Source: an uncultured delta proteobacterium (GTDB lineage Bacteria; Desulfobacterota; Desulfobacteria; Desulfobacterales; Desulfatirhabdiaceae). From it: a stretch of DNA of 64,000 bases. The translations under genes and the position numbers were made by a program. The stretch is taken from assembly GCA_963789395.1 (NCBI GenBank), contig CAWBKP010000012.1, positions 297,264 through 361,263 on the forward strand, given 5' to 3'. This document shows, in pieces, positions 9,693-20,840 of this stretch. Each line of letters starts with the position of its first letter. Positions within the stretch are counted from its first letter, which is position 1. Under the pieces are notes generated by a model that ran no database searches, had not been told where the DNA came from, and saw only the letters and a program-made list of their open reading frames with translations.

Positions 9693-11606
9693 ATGAACCA
9701 TACACATTATCCTTTTTGGCCGAAACGTCTTCCCAAATTCATGCCGATCCCGCAAGTCCCCCTCCATGACCTCCTGGAAACGTCCGCCAGGCGATATCCG
9801 GACCGGACTGCCATGATTTACTACGGCACGGATATTTCTTACCATGAATTCTGGAAACAGGCACTCCAATTTGCAGGCTCGCTTTATGACATCGGTATCC
9901 GGACGGGTGACCGCGTGGCCGAAGATGAAGCCGATTGTCTGAATATCATCCGTCAGTTCTTGTCCTATTTGCCTTCCCACTGCATGGAGTTGCCGCCGGT
10001 TGCAACGGTTCCACCGGAATCGGGCGCTGAAATGCCGCGGATTCTGGACCTTCTTCCTGAAAAGCGCAACCGGACCTATGACATGCACAAAATCATCCTT
10101 TGCATTGTCGATAGCGCCTCGCTTTTTCCCGTCAAGCCAACTTTCGGCCAGGCGGCACTGCTCTGTCACGCATCGAAGGAAGCGTTGTCGGCATCTTAAT
10201 GGGCAATTGCCCCCAGTACATGATCGCACATTTCGGCATTCAGAAAATCGGCGCCATTGTCTGCCTCTGCTCACCACTGTCAAGAAAATGGAACTGGCGC
10301 ACGAACTCATTGACGCCGGAATTGAAATCATCGTTGCATGGGACCTGCTGATGCCAGTTGTCTATGAGGTTCTGGAACAGACAGCGCTGCGCAAAATCGT
10401 GACAGCCCACCTGAGCGATTATATCCCGGCCATCCCCACGCTCCCCTTCCCGATATCATGAAAATCCCGAAACAATCCATTGCCGGAACGGACGACTTTC
10501 TGCAGCTCCTCTCCGATAGCCCTGCAGTGCCTGCCGATATGGTCATCGACATGCAACAGGATATCGGCCTGTTTCAGTACACGGGCGGCACCACCGGCCT
10601 GCCCAAGGGCTGCATGCTCAGCCATTATGCTGCGCTTTTTAAAACGGCCGCGGTATGCACGATCACTGAAATGAAAAAAGAGGATGTTTGCCTGGTCACC
10701 ATGCCGATTTTCCACAGCGTCGGGATGCTGGCAGGAATGAACAGTTGTATATATGCGGGCACCACCCAGGTCCTTTTGACCCTTTTTGATGCCAAAACAG
10801 CCATGCAGGCCATTGCCCAGTACCGCATTCGCTTCTGGTACAGCGCTGTACCCATGAATGTGGCGATCCTGTTCTCATCCGGATGCTGCAAGCTATGATC
10901 TAAGCAGCCTGAAACTGTGCCTGACCTCTTCTTTCGGCATTCAACTGACGGAAGAGATTTCCCGAAATTGGTCCAACTTCACAAACGGAGGCCTTCTGAT
11001 CGAAGGTGCTTACGGTTTGAGCGAAACGCACACGGCAGACACTTACATGCCAAAAAACAACATCAAGTATGGCGCTACGGGAATTCCCGGATTTGAGCAG
11101 GAATTCAGGATTGTCGATCTGACAGACCGGAACCGGGAGGTGCCGCTGGGCGAACCCGGAGAGATTGTCCTGAAAAACCCTGCGGTTTTCAAAGGTTACT
11201 GGAACCAGCCCGAAGCCACCCGGAATAGCCTGATTGATGGATGGGTCCATACCGGCGACATTGGTCGTTTTGATGAAGACGGATATTTATTTCTTCTGGG
11301 CAGAAAAAAGAGATGATCAAGGTCAGCGGCTTTTCCGTATTTCCGGAAGAAGTGGAGCTCATTTTGAACCGGCACCCGGCTGTGGCCCTGTCAGCGGTCA
11401 TCGGTGTACCGGATCCCAACAAAGGGGAAGTGGTCAAGGCCTTTATTGTCATCCGCTCCGGCTTCAGTCTTACATCGGAGGCGCTTCAACAATGGGCCAG
11501 AGAAAATATATCGTCTTATAAGTGCCCGGCTCAAGTGGAATTCAGAGATTCCCTGCCCACACTGGGAACCGGCAAACTGCTGCGCCGGGCCTTGAAAGAT
11601 ACCTGA
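9693..11606 (+). pseudogene. Long-chain acyl-CoA ligase disrupted by a foreign insert and several frameshifts
   Basis: Pieces in different frames: GDRVA / MGNCPQY / QYTGGTTGLPKG / GAYGLSET / GWVHTGDIG / MIKVSGFSVFPEEVE..GKLLRR. Confidence 0.85.
9921..10192 (+). other. Internal fragment of an acyl-CoA carboxylase carboxyltransferase embedded in the CoA ligase
   Basis: EDEADCLNIIRQFLSYLPSHCMELPP...RTYDMHKIILCIVD...KPTFG...RIEGSVVGI resembles the PccB/MccB linker region. Confidence 0.75.
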
Positions 11607-11784
11607 CAGCTGATCCTGTTGCAAATTACCTTTCAACCATGATATGAGTTCGACCGAGCTTCATTATCACCTTCATGTGTTTGGGTGTCGTTTGCATCGG
11701 GCCACGGTATCACCAAATCGCTAAGAAGGCTTTCTTTTAACCAATTTCCATCAGTCGGTGAAACATGCGGCAAAGACATCAGGC

Positions 11785-13141
11785 ATGATCAGAAAAATTC
11801 ATCCCGCAACCATCATCATCCTTAGTTTTCTGGATTGCATCAGCGTTGGAACCGTCCTGATCACGCTACCAGTTTCAAATGCTTCCGGCTACATTTCCTT
11901 TATGGATGCGCTTTTTACCGTAACTTCAGCCGTATGCGTCACCGGGCTTACCGTTCTGGACACTGGCTCCCATTTCACGCTGTTCGGACAAACCGTTATT
12001 CTATTACTGATACAGGTCGGCGGACTGGGACTCATGACCATATCCGTGGTATTTTTCAGATTCCTTGGAATAAAGCGTTTCCTTCCAGCATCGCAGGGTC
12101 ATGCAGGAATCCTTTTCCCATACCCCCCGAAAAGACATCTATGCATTGCTTAAATCCATCTTTATTTTTTCAGGTCTTACCGAACTGCTTGGTGCTGTTT
12201 TGCTGGCGATTTACTGGAGCCGGGATTTTCCGATTCCTCAGGCTGCATATTTTGCGGTATTCCACTCGGTTTCAGCATTTTGCAATGCCGGCTTTTCTCT
12301 TTTTGCCGCCAACCTTGCCGACTACAGGGATTCGGTAACGGTCAATCTTACCATCTGCGGCCTGATCATTTTAGGTGGCATCGGATTTCCGGTTATTTTT
12401 GACATTTATGAATATCTCTCCAAAAGGCGACGTAAACGCGTTAAATTTTCCCTTCAAACAAAAATTGCAGCAACCACCACGTGCATTCTGATTTTTGCCG
12501 GTATGGGTTTATATCTGATGTTGGAACAAAACAACTCCATGAAAGGATTAAACCCTACCCAAAAAATCCTGGGCGCCTTCTTCCAGTCCGTTACCGCCAG
12601 AACCGCCGGATTCAATACACTGGATTTTTCCACGCTTAGCGATGCAGGGGCATTTTTGATGATGATTCTCATGTTTATCGGTGCATCGCCCGGTTCATGC
12701 GCCGGCGGCGTTAAGACCACGACCATTACGGTTCTGGCTGTTGCTGCGATAGCCAGACTTAAAGGCATGTTCCATCCCAATATTTACAAAAAAACCATCA
12801 GCGACGGCAATATCAAAAAAAGTCTGGACATTGTCGGCATATCGGTTTTTTTCATAACCATTATTTTTTTCTTGATGTTGATCACGCAGCCGCCGTCACC
12901 CATTTCCGGTCCGATGGCTCCCAGTCGATTTCGAATTTATCTTTTTGAAGTCCTATCTGCATTCGGAACCGTGGGTCTTTCCATGGGCGCTACCAAGCTG
13001 ATCAACGACTGGGGCAGATTTCTGCTTGTCATCATGATGTTGATCGGCCGGGTCGGTGCCCTCAGTTTTCTTTATTTCATTGCCGGTGATGGGAAAAAAG
13101 CGGGTTTTGAATATTCCGAAGAAAGCATGATGTTAGGATAA
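11785..13141 (+). CDS. ktrB: Ktr/Trk potassium uptake membrane subunit (frameshift ~12075)
   Basis: SAVCVTGL, SAFCNAGF, RTAGFNT, GASPGSCAGGVKTTT, SAFGTVGLS. Confidence 0.88.
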
Positions 13142-13144
13142 CAA

Positions 13145-13807
13145 ATGACAACCAAACGATTTGCAGTGATAGGTCTGGGGAAATTTGGCTTTCATGTGGC
13201 CAAATCACTTTTTGCGGAAGGACATGAGGTTGTGGCTATCGATCAGGATCGAAAGCTCATTCGTGAAATCGATCCTTACTGCACCGAAGCCATCGTCATG
13301 GACGCCACGGACAAAGAAAATTTACTGGCTCTGGGACTGCATGAAATGGACAGCGTGGTGGTCAGCGCCGGCGCAAAAATCAGCAACAGCATCCTGATCT
13401 GCCTTCACCTTAATGAAATCGGCGTAAAGAAAATCCTGGCCAAAGCCATGGATGATGACCATGCGAAAATCCTTAAAAAAGTCGGCGCAACGGAAGTCAT
13501 TCGTCCGGAAATGTCCATGGCCATTCGCATCGCCAAAGGACTGTCTACTCCCAACATCCTGGATTTCATTCCTTTGGCCGAAGAATACAGCCTGCTACAG
13601 GTGGATCCTCCCAGAGCTTTCATAGGAAAGACCCTGAAAAATCTTGATCTTCGCGCCAGATACCATGTGCACATCATTGCCATAAAGGAATTCATTCCTG
13701 AAAATTTCATCCTTGCGCCACCGGCCGATTTTATAATCAAGGACAGCGATCTATTGATCATCCTGGGCAAATCCGAAGACATTGGACGCATCAAAGAGTT
13801 AAAGTAG
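13145..13807 (+). CDS. ktrA: Ktr/Trk potassium uptake RCK subunit
   Basis: FAVIGLGKFG Rossmann motif, KKVGATEVIRPE, TrkA-C domain. Confidence 0.9.
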   Translation: MTTKRFAVIGLGKFGFHVAKSLFAEGHEVVAIDQDRKLIREIDPYCTEAIVMDATDKENLLALGLHEMDSVVVSAGAKISNSILICLHLNEIGVKKILAKAMDDDHAKILKKVGATEVIRPEMSMAIRIAKGLSTPNILDFIPLAEEYSLLQVDPPRAFIGKTLKNLDLRARYHVHIIAIKEFIPENFILAPPADFIIKDSDLLIILGKSEDIGRIKELK

Positions 13808-14511
13808 TTTTGACTGTTTGACTTGGCAGACATATTCGCTCTTGGTGCGATCGGTCATCGTTTCAAAAGGAAATCCTTTCCTATGGTTCAGTATAATGAA
13901 CAATTAATGTCATTCCTGAGGCAAGCGATCCCTATGCGCCAGATTCCATATGGCAACACAATTCTGCTTTCATTTTTTTCACAAGAGCTGTTCACCCAAT
14001 ATTCTCCGATAGGACCCTACAGCGCTTTGAAATACGCATGGTTATTCCGACTTGAGTACATAAACCGCCACTTCTTGAAATCAAACATAGCAAAAAAAGC
14101 GCTTGACAATCCCATGCATTAAAATTATTCCAGTTACATTGTGGCTATGTGATAGCCCATAACCGTTCCCGAATCACAGGTTGTATTCGCCGCAACCATA
14201 ACACCGAACATCCCTATAAACGGACATGACAGATGGTCGCCATTACCACGAAAGCTAATTGATGATCATCCAGATGAACCGTTCTTTTGAAAATATCCTT
14301 CAAAGCACTTCAAGTAAGCCGCTAAACGGTTCACATTGCTCAAGCGACACGTCGCAGAATTCAAGGATTGATACGGAATCTTGCTCACATAAATGATTAC
14401 ATGCATACAAATGGATTCCATACTACTGGGAAAAGGAGGTGATTTCTATCGTTTCAGGGCTTTCATAGTCTTAGCCTCATTCATTTCCGAATAAAAAAGG
14501 AGGAGCTGTCG

Positions 14512-15531
14512 ATGAATAGAAAAACAAGTATTTTTATCAGCGTAATATGTTTTGTCGCAATGATTTTTTGTACGGTCACACTCAGTTCCGCAGAACCTGT
14601 CAAACTCACCTACAGCTGTTTTTTCCCGCCTTCCCATATTCAAAGCATTCTGGCGGAACAGTGGTCCAGGGAAGTTGAAAAACGAACCGCCGGCGCAGTA
14701 AAAATCGAATATTTCCCCGGGCAGACCCTTACCAAATCCAACCAGTGCTATGATGGCGTGGTAGAAGGATTGTCGGATATCGGTTTTGCCGTTCTGGCCT
14801 ATACGCCCGGCCGCTTTCCGGTCATGCTGGCAGTGGATCTGCCGCTGGGTTACACCAGTGGCGAGGCGGCGACCAAAGTTGTCAATGATGTCTATAACCA
14901 GTTCAAACCCAAGGAACTGGATGATACGAAAGTCATGTATCTGCATGCACACGGACCGGGGTTGATCTTCACCAAAGACAAGCCGGTTCTGAAATTGGAA
15001 GACATGAAAGGCCTCAAGTTCAGAGGCCATGGAACCAGTGCCGAAGTTGTCAAGGCTTTGGGCGGCACGCCGATAGCCAAGCCCATGCCGGAAACTTATG
15101 AAATGCTGCAAAAAGGGGTCGTGGACGGGGCTGTCTATCCGCTGGAATCCAACAAGGGCTGGAAACTGGGCGAGGTGGTCAAGTATTGTACAGCCAATTT
15201 TTCTTCCGCATACACCACATCATTTTTTGTCGTCATGAACAAAGACAAATGGAAAGCGCTTTCCCCCAATGTTCAGAAAATTATTGAGGAAATCAATGCG
15301 GAATGGGTCGTTAAGCACGGCGAAGCCTGGGACAACAGCGACATGATCGGATTGAAATATTTTCTGGAGCAGGGCGGCCAGATCAACGGGCAGGATAGCA
15401 AGGAAAGCGCCAAATGGAAAGCTGCGGTTGCACCCATAATAGTTCAATATACCAAAGAGTTAAATAATAAAGGGTTGAACGGTAAACAAATTATCGAGTT
15501 TATTGAAACTGATTTGAAGAAGTATCAATGA
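14512..15531 (+). CDS. dctP: TRAP transporter substrate-binding protein
   Basis: Signal peptide; YTPGRFP, LEDMKGLKFR, YEMLQKGVVDG, MNKDKWKALS. Confidence 0.9.
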   Translation: MNRKTSIFISVICFVAMIFCTVTLSSAEPVKLTYSCFFPPSHIQSILAEQWSREVEKRTAGAVKIEYFPGQTLTKSNQCYDGVVEGLSDIGFAVLAYTPGRFPVMLAVDLPLGYTSGEAATKVVNDVYNQFKPKELDDTKVMYLHAHGPGLIFTKDKPVLKLEDMKGLKFRGHGTSAEVVKALGGTPIAKPMPETYEMLQKGVVDGAVYPLESNKGWKLGEVVKYCTANFSSAYTTSFFVVMNKDKWKALSPNVQKIIEEINAEWVVKHGEAWDNSDMIGLKYFLEQGGQINGQDSKESAKWKAAVAPIIVQYTKELNNKGLNGKQIIEFIETDLKKYQ

Positions 15532-15552
15532 TTGTCTGTAACCTGTAACGGT

Positions 15553-15634
15553 AAAAAAAGGGGGGCCGTGAGGGATTTTTCTGCTGAATGCCGTCTGAAA
15601 TCCTTCCTGGCTCCCCTTTTCCAAATGGGGAGCC
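15553..15634. repeat. REP-like element (degenerate copy of the 1144 family)
   Basis: AAAAGGGGGGCCGTGAGGGATTTTT...AAATCCTTCCTGGCTCCCCTTTTCCAAATGGGGAGCC aligns by eye with 1158-1236. Confidence 0.6.
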
Positions 15635-15709
15635 ATTTTCACGATTGCTGTCACCGCTACCGTAATATCTGTCGGTTCAACATTTTGATTAGAGGCATAT
15701 GGAGTGCCC

Positions 15710-16207
15710 ATGGAAAAAATTGACAATATTGTATCATGGATGTCCGATAAACTGAAAATCGCCGGCGCATTTTGCCTGGCTGCAATGATGCTGATTACCT
15801 GTGTCGATGTCGTGGGACGGTTTTTCAATACCCCAATTCTGGGAGCGGTTGAATTTGTCGGTTTTTTCGCCACCCTGACGACTGCATTTGCTTTGCCCTA
15901 CACCCACCAGATGGATGCCCATATCGGCGTGGAGCTTCTGGTCAATACGCTTTCCCAGAAAACGCAGCAGATCATCAACCTGATAACGCGGGTGGTCAGT
16001 TTTTTTCTGTTTGGAATCGTGACATGGCGGATGGCGGTTTATGCCAATACCATTCACCAGAGCGGTGAAGTTTCCATGACGTTGAAACTCCCTGAATATA
16101 TCATCATGTATATAATAGCGGTTTGTTTTCTAATTTTTACGCTCATTTTGATGCTGGATGTTATCAAATTGACCGGCAAAATAAATAAAAATCATAATAT
16201 CAAATGA
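15710..16207 (+). CDS. dctQ: TRAP transporter small permease
   Basis: DVVGRFFNTPILGAVE, AHIGVELL; four hydrophobic segments. Confidence 0.88.
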   Translation: MEKIDNIVSWMSDKLKIAGAFCLAAMMLITCVDVVGRFFNTPILGAVEFVGFFATLTTAFALPYTHQMDAHIGVELLVNTLSQKTQQIINLITRVVSFFLFGIVTWRMAVYANTIHQSGEVSMTLKLPEYIIMYIIAVCFLIFTLILMLDVIKLTGKINKNHNIK

Positions 16208-16283
16208 TTATCGCGCTGCAATGTATGAAACCGCATAGCTCTATGTGTTTAACAATAATCGGACAGATTGATAAAGGTGATAA

Positions 16284-17597
16284 ATGGATCCTGGGGTGAT
16301 TGGCGTTTTGGGTATTGTGATCATGCTGATCTTGTTCATGACCAAAATGCCGGTGGCATACGTCATGACAATTGTCGGATTAGTCGGTTTCTCTTTGATG
16401 AAATCCTGGACAGGGGGGCTCAATCTGCTGTCGCGAAGCATGTACGAGGCGTTCTCCTCGTATGGACTGACAACGATTCCCCTGTTTATCCTGATGGGAC
16501 AGTTTGCGTTCAATGCGGGAATCGGCAAACGGCTTTATGATACGGCTTATAAGTTTTTTGGAAATATCCGCGGTGGGCTGGCCATGGCTACCATTGCAGC
16601 GTGTACTGCTTTTGGCGCGGTGTGCGGTTCCAGTCCGGCCACGGCTGCAACGCTTGCAGTCGTCGGGCTTCCGGAAATGCGGCGGTATGGCTATGATGAT
16701 GAATTGTCAACCGGATCTGTGGCATCAGGCGGCGGACTGGGCATGATCATGCCACCCAGTGTGGTTCTGATCGTATACGGGGTGTTGACCGAACAGTCGA
16801 TTGGCGCGCTCTTTGTTTCAGGTATCCTGCCTGCTCTATTGATGACGCTATTGTATTTTATCTGTATTTATATCAGATGCTTACAGTCTCCGGAACTGGG
16901 GCCTCCGGGAGATAAATTCACCTGGGCGGAAAAATTCAAGTCTTTAAAAAATATGGCGGATACCGCGGTATGTTTTATCGTGGTGATGGGCGGTCTTTTC
17001 TGGGGAATTTTTACACCGACGGAAGCGGCCGGGGTCGGGGCGTTTTCGGTTCTGGCGGTTTCCGTTATCAGAAGACAACTGGACTGGAAAGGATTTGTAA
17101 AGTCCCTTTATGAAGCCCTTCGTACATCCTGTATGGTTATTTTTCTGATTGCCGGGGCGCTGGTCTTTGGCAAGTTTCTGGCCGTCACCCGGATTCCATT
17201 TAATGCAGCCAGTTGGGTCAGTGACTTGAACATGCCGAATTTCGTTGTGTTGTCCGCAATTTGTCTTATCTATATCATCGGCGGTTGCATCATGGATGCC
17301 CTGGCCCTGATCATGCTGACCATTCCGGTGTTTTATCCGGTGATCACCAATATGGGCTATGATCCGATCTGGTATGGGGTCATCATCGTACTGCTGACCC
17401 AGATCGGCGTTCTGACCCCGCCGGTGGGGATCAATGTCTATGTGGTGTATGGGGTGGCCCAGGGCGTTATCGGTAAGGTTCCGCTGGAGAAGATTTTCAA
17501 GGGCGTTGTGCCATTTATCATTGCAACGATTGTCGGGATTATTCTGATGACCATTTTCCCGCAGATTATCCTGATTCTTCCCCGGTTGATGTACTGA
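16284..17597 (+). CDS. dctM: TRAP transporter large permease
   Basis: IPLFILMG, GAVCGSSPAT, MIMPPS, FTPTEAA, TPPVGINVY. Confidence 0.92.
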   Translation: MDPGVIGVLGIVIMLILFMTKMPVAYVMTIVGLVGFSLMKSWTGGLNLLSRSMYEAFSSYGLTTIPLFILMGQFAFNAGIGKRLYDTAYKFFGNIRGGLAMATIAACTAFGAVCGSSPATAATLAVVGLPEMRRYGYDDELSTGSVASGGGLGMIMPPSVVLIVYGVLTEQSIGALFVSGILPALLMTLLYFICIYIRCLQSPELGPPGDKFTWAEKFKSLKNMADTAVCFIVVMGGLFWGIFTPTEAAGVGAFSVLAVSVIRRQLDWKGFVKSLYEALRTSCMVIFLIAGALVFGKFLAVTRIPFNAASWVSDLNMPNFVVLSAICLIYIIGGCIMDALALIMLTIPVFYPVITNMGYDPIWYGVIIVLLTQIGVLTPPVGINVYVVYGVAQGVIGKVPLEKIFKGVVPFIIATIVGIILMTIFPQIILILPRLMY

Positions 17598-17703
17598 TAA
17601 AACCACCCGGAATTATGATGCAATTGAATCGTACCGCCATCCCGAATAGAACTTGTCGGCGATTCGGCCAGGATATCCAATATCAGATGAGGAACTTTGA
17701 AAA

Positions 17704-18195
17704 ATGGAAAAGCAGAATAAACTGTTGAGTGGCAAACGGGTTCTCATCGTCGATGATGAGCCGGATGTTCTGGACACACTGGAAGATTTACTGCCCATGT
17801 GTTCCGTGACAAAAGCGGCGTCATTTGAACAGGCCAAAGGGTACCTGCAAACAGAGTCCTTCGACGTCGCCATTCTGGATATTATGGGAGTAAATGGATA
17901 TGACCTGCTGGCGCTGGCGCGTCAACGCCAGGTGATATCCGTCATGCTGACCGCCCGGGCATTGACACCTGAAGACGTTAAAAAATCGTACATCGAAGGC
18001 GCTTCGTTTTATATCCCGAAGGAAGAAATGCTGCACATCGACAGCTTTCTGGAAGATGTACTGGAAGAGCTGGAAGCAGGCAAAGACCCCTGGAACAGAT
18101 GGGTGGACCGCATGGCCGGTTTTTGCGAGAAAACATTCGGCTCCAAATGGCAGCAGAAAGACCCCGGATTCTGGGATAAATTCCCGTTCTATTAA
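17704..18195 (+). CDS. Response regulator receiver protein
   Basis: VLIVDDEPD, AILDIMGVNG, MLTA, YIPK. Confidence 0.85.
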   Translation: MEKQNKLLSGKRVLIVDDEPDVLDTLEDLLPMCSVTKAASFEQAKGYLQTESFDVAILDIMGVNGYDLLALARQRQVISVMLTARALTPEDVKKSYIEGASFYIPKEEMLHIDSFLEDVLEELEAGKDPWNRWVDRMAGFCEKTFGSKWQQKDPGFWDKFPFY

Positions 18196-18221
18196 GGGCT
18201 GTCAATTCCGAAAAGCGGCAA

Positions 18222-18257
18222 CAAAAACCCCTCTTTGCTATAGAAACAGGGGTATTT
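18222..18257. terminator. Putative bidirectional terminator hairpin
   Basis: AAAAACCCCT...AGGGGTATTT between convergent genes. Confidence 0.4.
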
Positions 18258-18327
18258 GTCGCCGGTCCAAAAGGAGTATTTAGCCAGTTTCATCGTTTCT
18301 CCCTATAAAGCGTTGTTTGGCATGTGT

Positions 18328-18831
18328 TCATCTGTCTTCACCTTTGAGGCAGTTAAGGTGTGCGATGATATCTTCGGTAATTGCCTCCGGGCTGCGGCCG
18401 ATATCGATGATCAGGCCGTCCGCAGGCTCTTCCATGGTGTCCATCTGGCTGGAGAGAAGGCTCTTGTTCATGAATTGGTGATCCCTGCTGCCGATCCGCT
18501 CCTGGAGCAGGGTGAATGATCCCTTCAGGTATACCGAAACTACGTCCTTCTGGTCGACGCCAAGAAGGTCGCGATACCACTTCTTGAGGGCCGAACACGC
18601 CAGGACCAGATCCTGACCGGCAGCCAGCCTGCTGTGAATGCGCGCTTTCAGGATGGTGAGCCATCCGAGTCGGTCCGAATCGTCAAGCGGCGTGCCGGAG
18701 CGCATTTTGGCGATATTTTCCGGTGGATGAAAGTCATCGGCGTCGTCGAAAAAATATCCGAGTTTTTCGGCCAGCAACCTGCCGATGGTCGTTTTTCCGC
18801 AGCCCATGGGGCCGATCAGGACAAGGATCAC
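18328..18831 (-). CDS. gntK: Gluconokinase (GntK/IdnK family)
   Basis: GPMGCGKTT, DADDFHPPENIAKMRSGTPLDDSDR, ACSALKKWYRD, LLSSQMDTMEEP. GTG start after AAGGAG. Confidence 0.9.
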   Translation of the reverse strand: MILVLIGPMGCGKTTIGRLLAEKLGYFFDDADDFHPPENIAKMRSGTPLDDSDRLGWLTILKARIHSRLAAGQDLVLACSALKKWYRDLLGVDQKDVVSVYLKGSFTLLQERIGSRDHQFMNKSLLSSQMDTMEEPADGLIIDIGRSPEAITEDIIAHLNCLKGEDR

Positions 18832-18835
18832 CGGA

Positions 18836-19561
18836 TCAGTCTCCTTGGCGTTCGATACCGAAATAACCGACGGCATTCCGGTAACAGATGTCCTGGATGG
18901 TGGTGCCGATCAGCTCCAAATCCGGCGGAGTATCGCCGTTTTCGTTATCGTTTCCGAACAGGTTGCACAGTACCCGCCGGAAATACTCATGGCGCGGATA
19001 AGACAGAAAACTCCGGGAGTCGGTGAACATACCGACAAAACGGAAAAGCAGGCCCATTTTGGAAAGCGCATTGATCTGCCTTTCCATGCCGTCTTTCTGG
19101 TCGTTAACCCACCATCCCGAGCCAAACTGCATTTTCACCGGAATCCGGCCGTCCTGAAAATTGCCGATCATCGTTGCAATCATCTCGTTATCACGGGGGT
19201 TGAGGATGTAAAGGATGGTTTTGGCAAGCTTGTCCCGTGATTCCAGTTGATCCAGAAACCGGCCAAGGGCGCTTGCCATGGCAAAATCGCCGATGGAATC
19301 ATACCCGGTATCGGAACCAAGCAGTCTGAAGGCCCGGGAATTCGTGTTCCTCAGGGCACCAAAATGAAACTGCTGGGTCCAGCCACAGTCATGATCCATG
19401 ACAGCGCATACAAAGAGCATGGCCGACTTGAAGATGCGGATTTCCGACACCGGCAGGTGGCAATGGTAATCAAAGATCGGCATGCAGGCGGCAAATTCAT
19501 GGTAAAGTCTTTGCGCACTTTTTGTCTGCAGCAGAAATTCATCTGATAGAAACGGTTTCAT
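18836..19561 (-). pseudogene. uxaC: Uronate (glucuronate) isomerase with a large in-frame internal deletion
   Basis: N-terminal PIFDYHCHLP joins directly to the C-half (GWTQQFHFGALRN, GSGWWVNDQKDGM, DSRSFLSYPRHEYFRR). ~240 aa, roughly half the length of a typical UxaC. Confidence 0.85.
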
Positions 19562-19578
19562 GGTGGACTCCCAAGCGC

Positions 19579-20832
19579 TCATGATCTGAGACGGTGCAGA
19601 ATTTCGCCCGCTTTTTCGACGAAAAGAACCCCTTCTGCTTCCCGGTTGCGGAAATCGTCAGGATTGACGGCTGCCGGATCAAGGTAGCCGAGGTTGATTT
19701 TTCGGCACATCTCAGGCGGAATGGCGGATGCCAGAACAACCTCGATCCGCGGCTTTTCGATGCCGTTTTCCATGGTTCCGATGCCCCGGACATGGGTGGC
19801 GTGGGCCAGGACCCCCCGGGGAATGTCGGTGAACTGATCGGGCCGGGCAAGGAAATAGTCTCTGACATGGTAGCCGATTTTTTCCATGTATCTGCCCCAG
19901 GTGCGAGAAACTTCGGTAATGTGCGGGGCATAAATGATCAGTCTGCCGCTGTCGGCAACCACCTGCTCGAGTTTATACATGACCTTGCCGCCTGTCCAGA
20001 TTTCATCATACATCGGCGGGCAGACGCCCAGGACGGTATGATACGGACGATCCTTCCAGATGACATGCACTTTCTCGGACAGATCCGCAGCCTGCGACCA
20101 GGATTCGCGCCAGTCTCCGCAATACAGACCGTAAAGTTCCTGCCGGGATTTGACCACCATCGCCAGGCAGTGCACCGGGACCTCGATCAGGCGCATGGCC
20201 CGGTTGATCACTTCCCGCACCGGGGTATGCTTGATACCGATGGTTCCGGGGCATGTCACGATGGCGCCGAGCCAGTGAAAGGCGTGCAGGAACTCACCAG
20301 CCGAAATCCCCGGAAAGAGATATTTCGCACCGCCCGAATAGCCGACCACTTCATGCGGAAAAACAGGGCCGAGAATCAGAATCAGATCGTAATCAAAGAT
20401 GGTTCGGTTGATATCAACCGGCACCCGCTCGCAAAGCCTGCCGCCCGAAATCTCCGCCATTTCATTTTCTTCGATCCAGCCGACACGGGTCAGGGTGCCG
20501 GGAAGATCCCATCGGTGGTTGAAAAACCGGGTGTTGCGGTACCGGCTGTTTCGTTCCTGCCCGCTGATTCCGTAAAGCGCAAGGATTCGCTCCTCCGCCA
20601 ACGGGGTGTGGGTGCCGAGGGCGACCATGAAATCAAGCGCGCCGGCCTTGGTGCCGATGATGTCCTGGATACAGCGGATCATCAGAGGCAAGGGACAGGT
20701 TCGCGTGGTATCGGGGGTCAGGACCAGAACGCGCTTGCCGGTATAAAGCAAGGCGGGCGTGCCGCTGACGATGATCTCCCGTATCCGGGATTCATCTATG
20801 ATTGAATCGGGTGATCCGATGCCGTAAGTCAT
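19579..20832 (-). CDS. LarA-family nickel-pincer-nucleotide-dependent racemase/epimerase
   Basis: PDTTR, ALGTH, FPHEVVGYSGGAKYLFPG, HAFHW match LarA-type motifs. Confidence 0.85.
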   Translation of the reverse strand: MTYGIGSPDSIIDESRIREIIVSGTPALLYTGKRVLVLTPDTTRTCPLPLMIRCIQDIIGTKAGALDFMVALGTHTPLAEERILALYGISGQERNSRYRNTRFFNHRWDLPGTLTRVGWIEENEMAEISGGRLCERVPVDINRTIFDYDLILILGPVFPHEVVGYSGGAKYLFPGISAGEFLHAFHWLGAIVTCPGTIGIKHTPVREVINRAMRLIEVPVHCLAMVVKSRQELYGLYCGDWRESWSQAADLSEKVHVIWKDRPYHTVLGVCPPMYDEIWTGGKVMYKLEQVVADSGRLIIYAPHITEVSRTWGRYMEKIGYHVRDYFLARPDQFTDIPRGVLAHATHVRGIGTMENGIEKPRIEVVLASAIPPEMCRKINLGYLDPAAVNPDDFRNREAEGVLFVEKAGEILHRLRS

Positions 20833-20840
20833 GTCAAACC

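Noticed and set aside
11610..11780. Riboswitch (c-di-AMP or fluoride) upstream of ktrB
   Set aside because: Only a weak hairpin; the conserved motifs were not found by eye.
13823..14122. 99-aa ORF after ktrA
   Set aside because: TTG start, no clear RBS, no recognisable protein features.
14369..14384. Possible sigma-54 promoter TGATACGGAATCTTGC before dctP
   Set aside because: Lacks the invariant GG and the spacing is off by one.
19594..20805. 403-aa plus-strand ORF
   Set aside because: Antisense shadow of the LarA-family gene.
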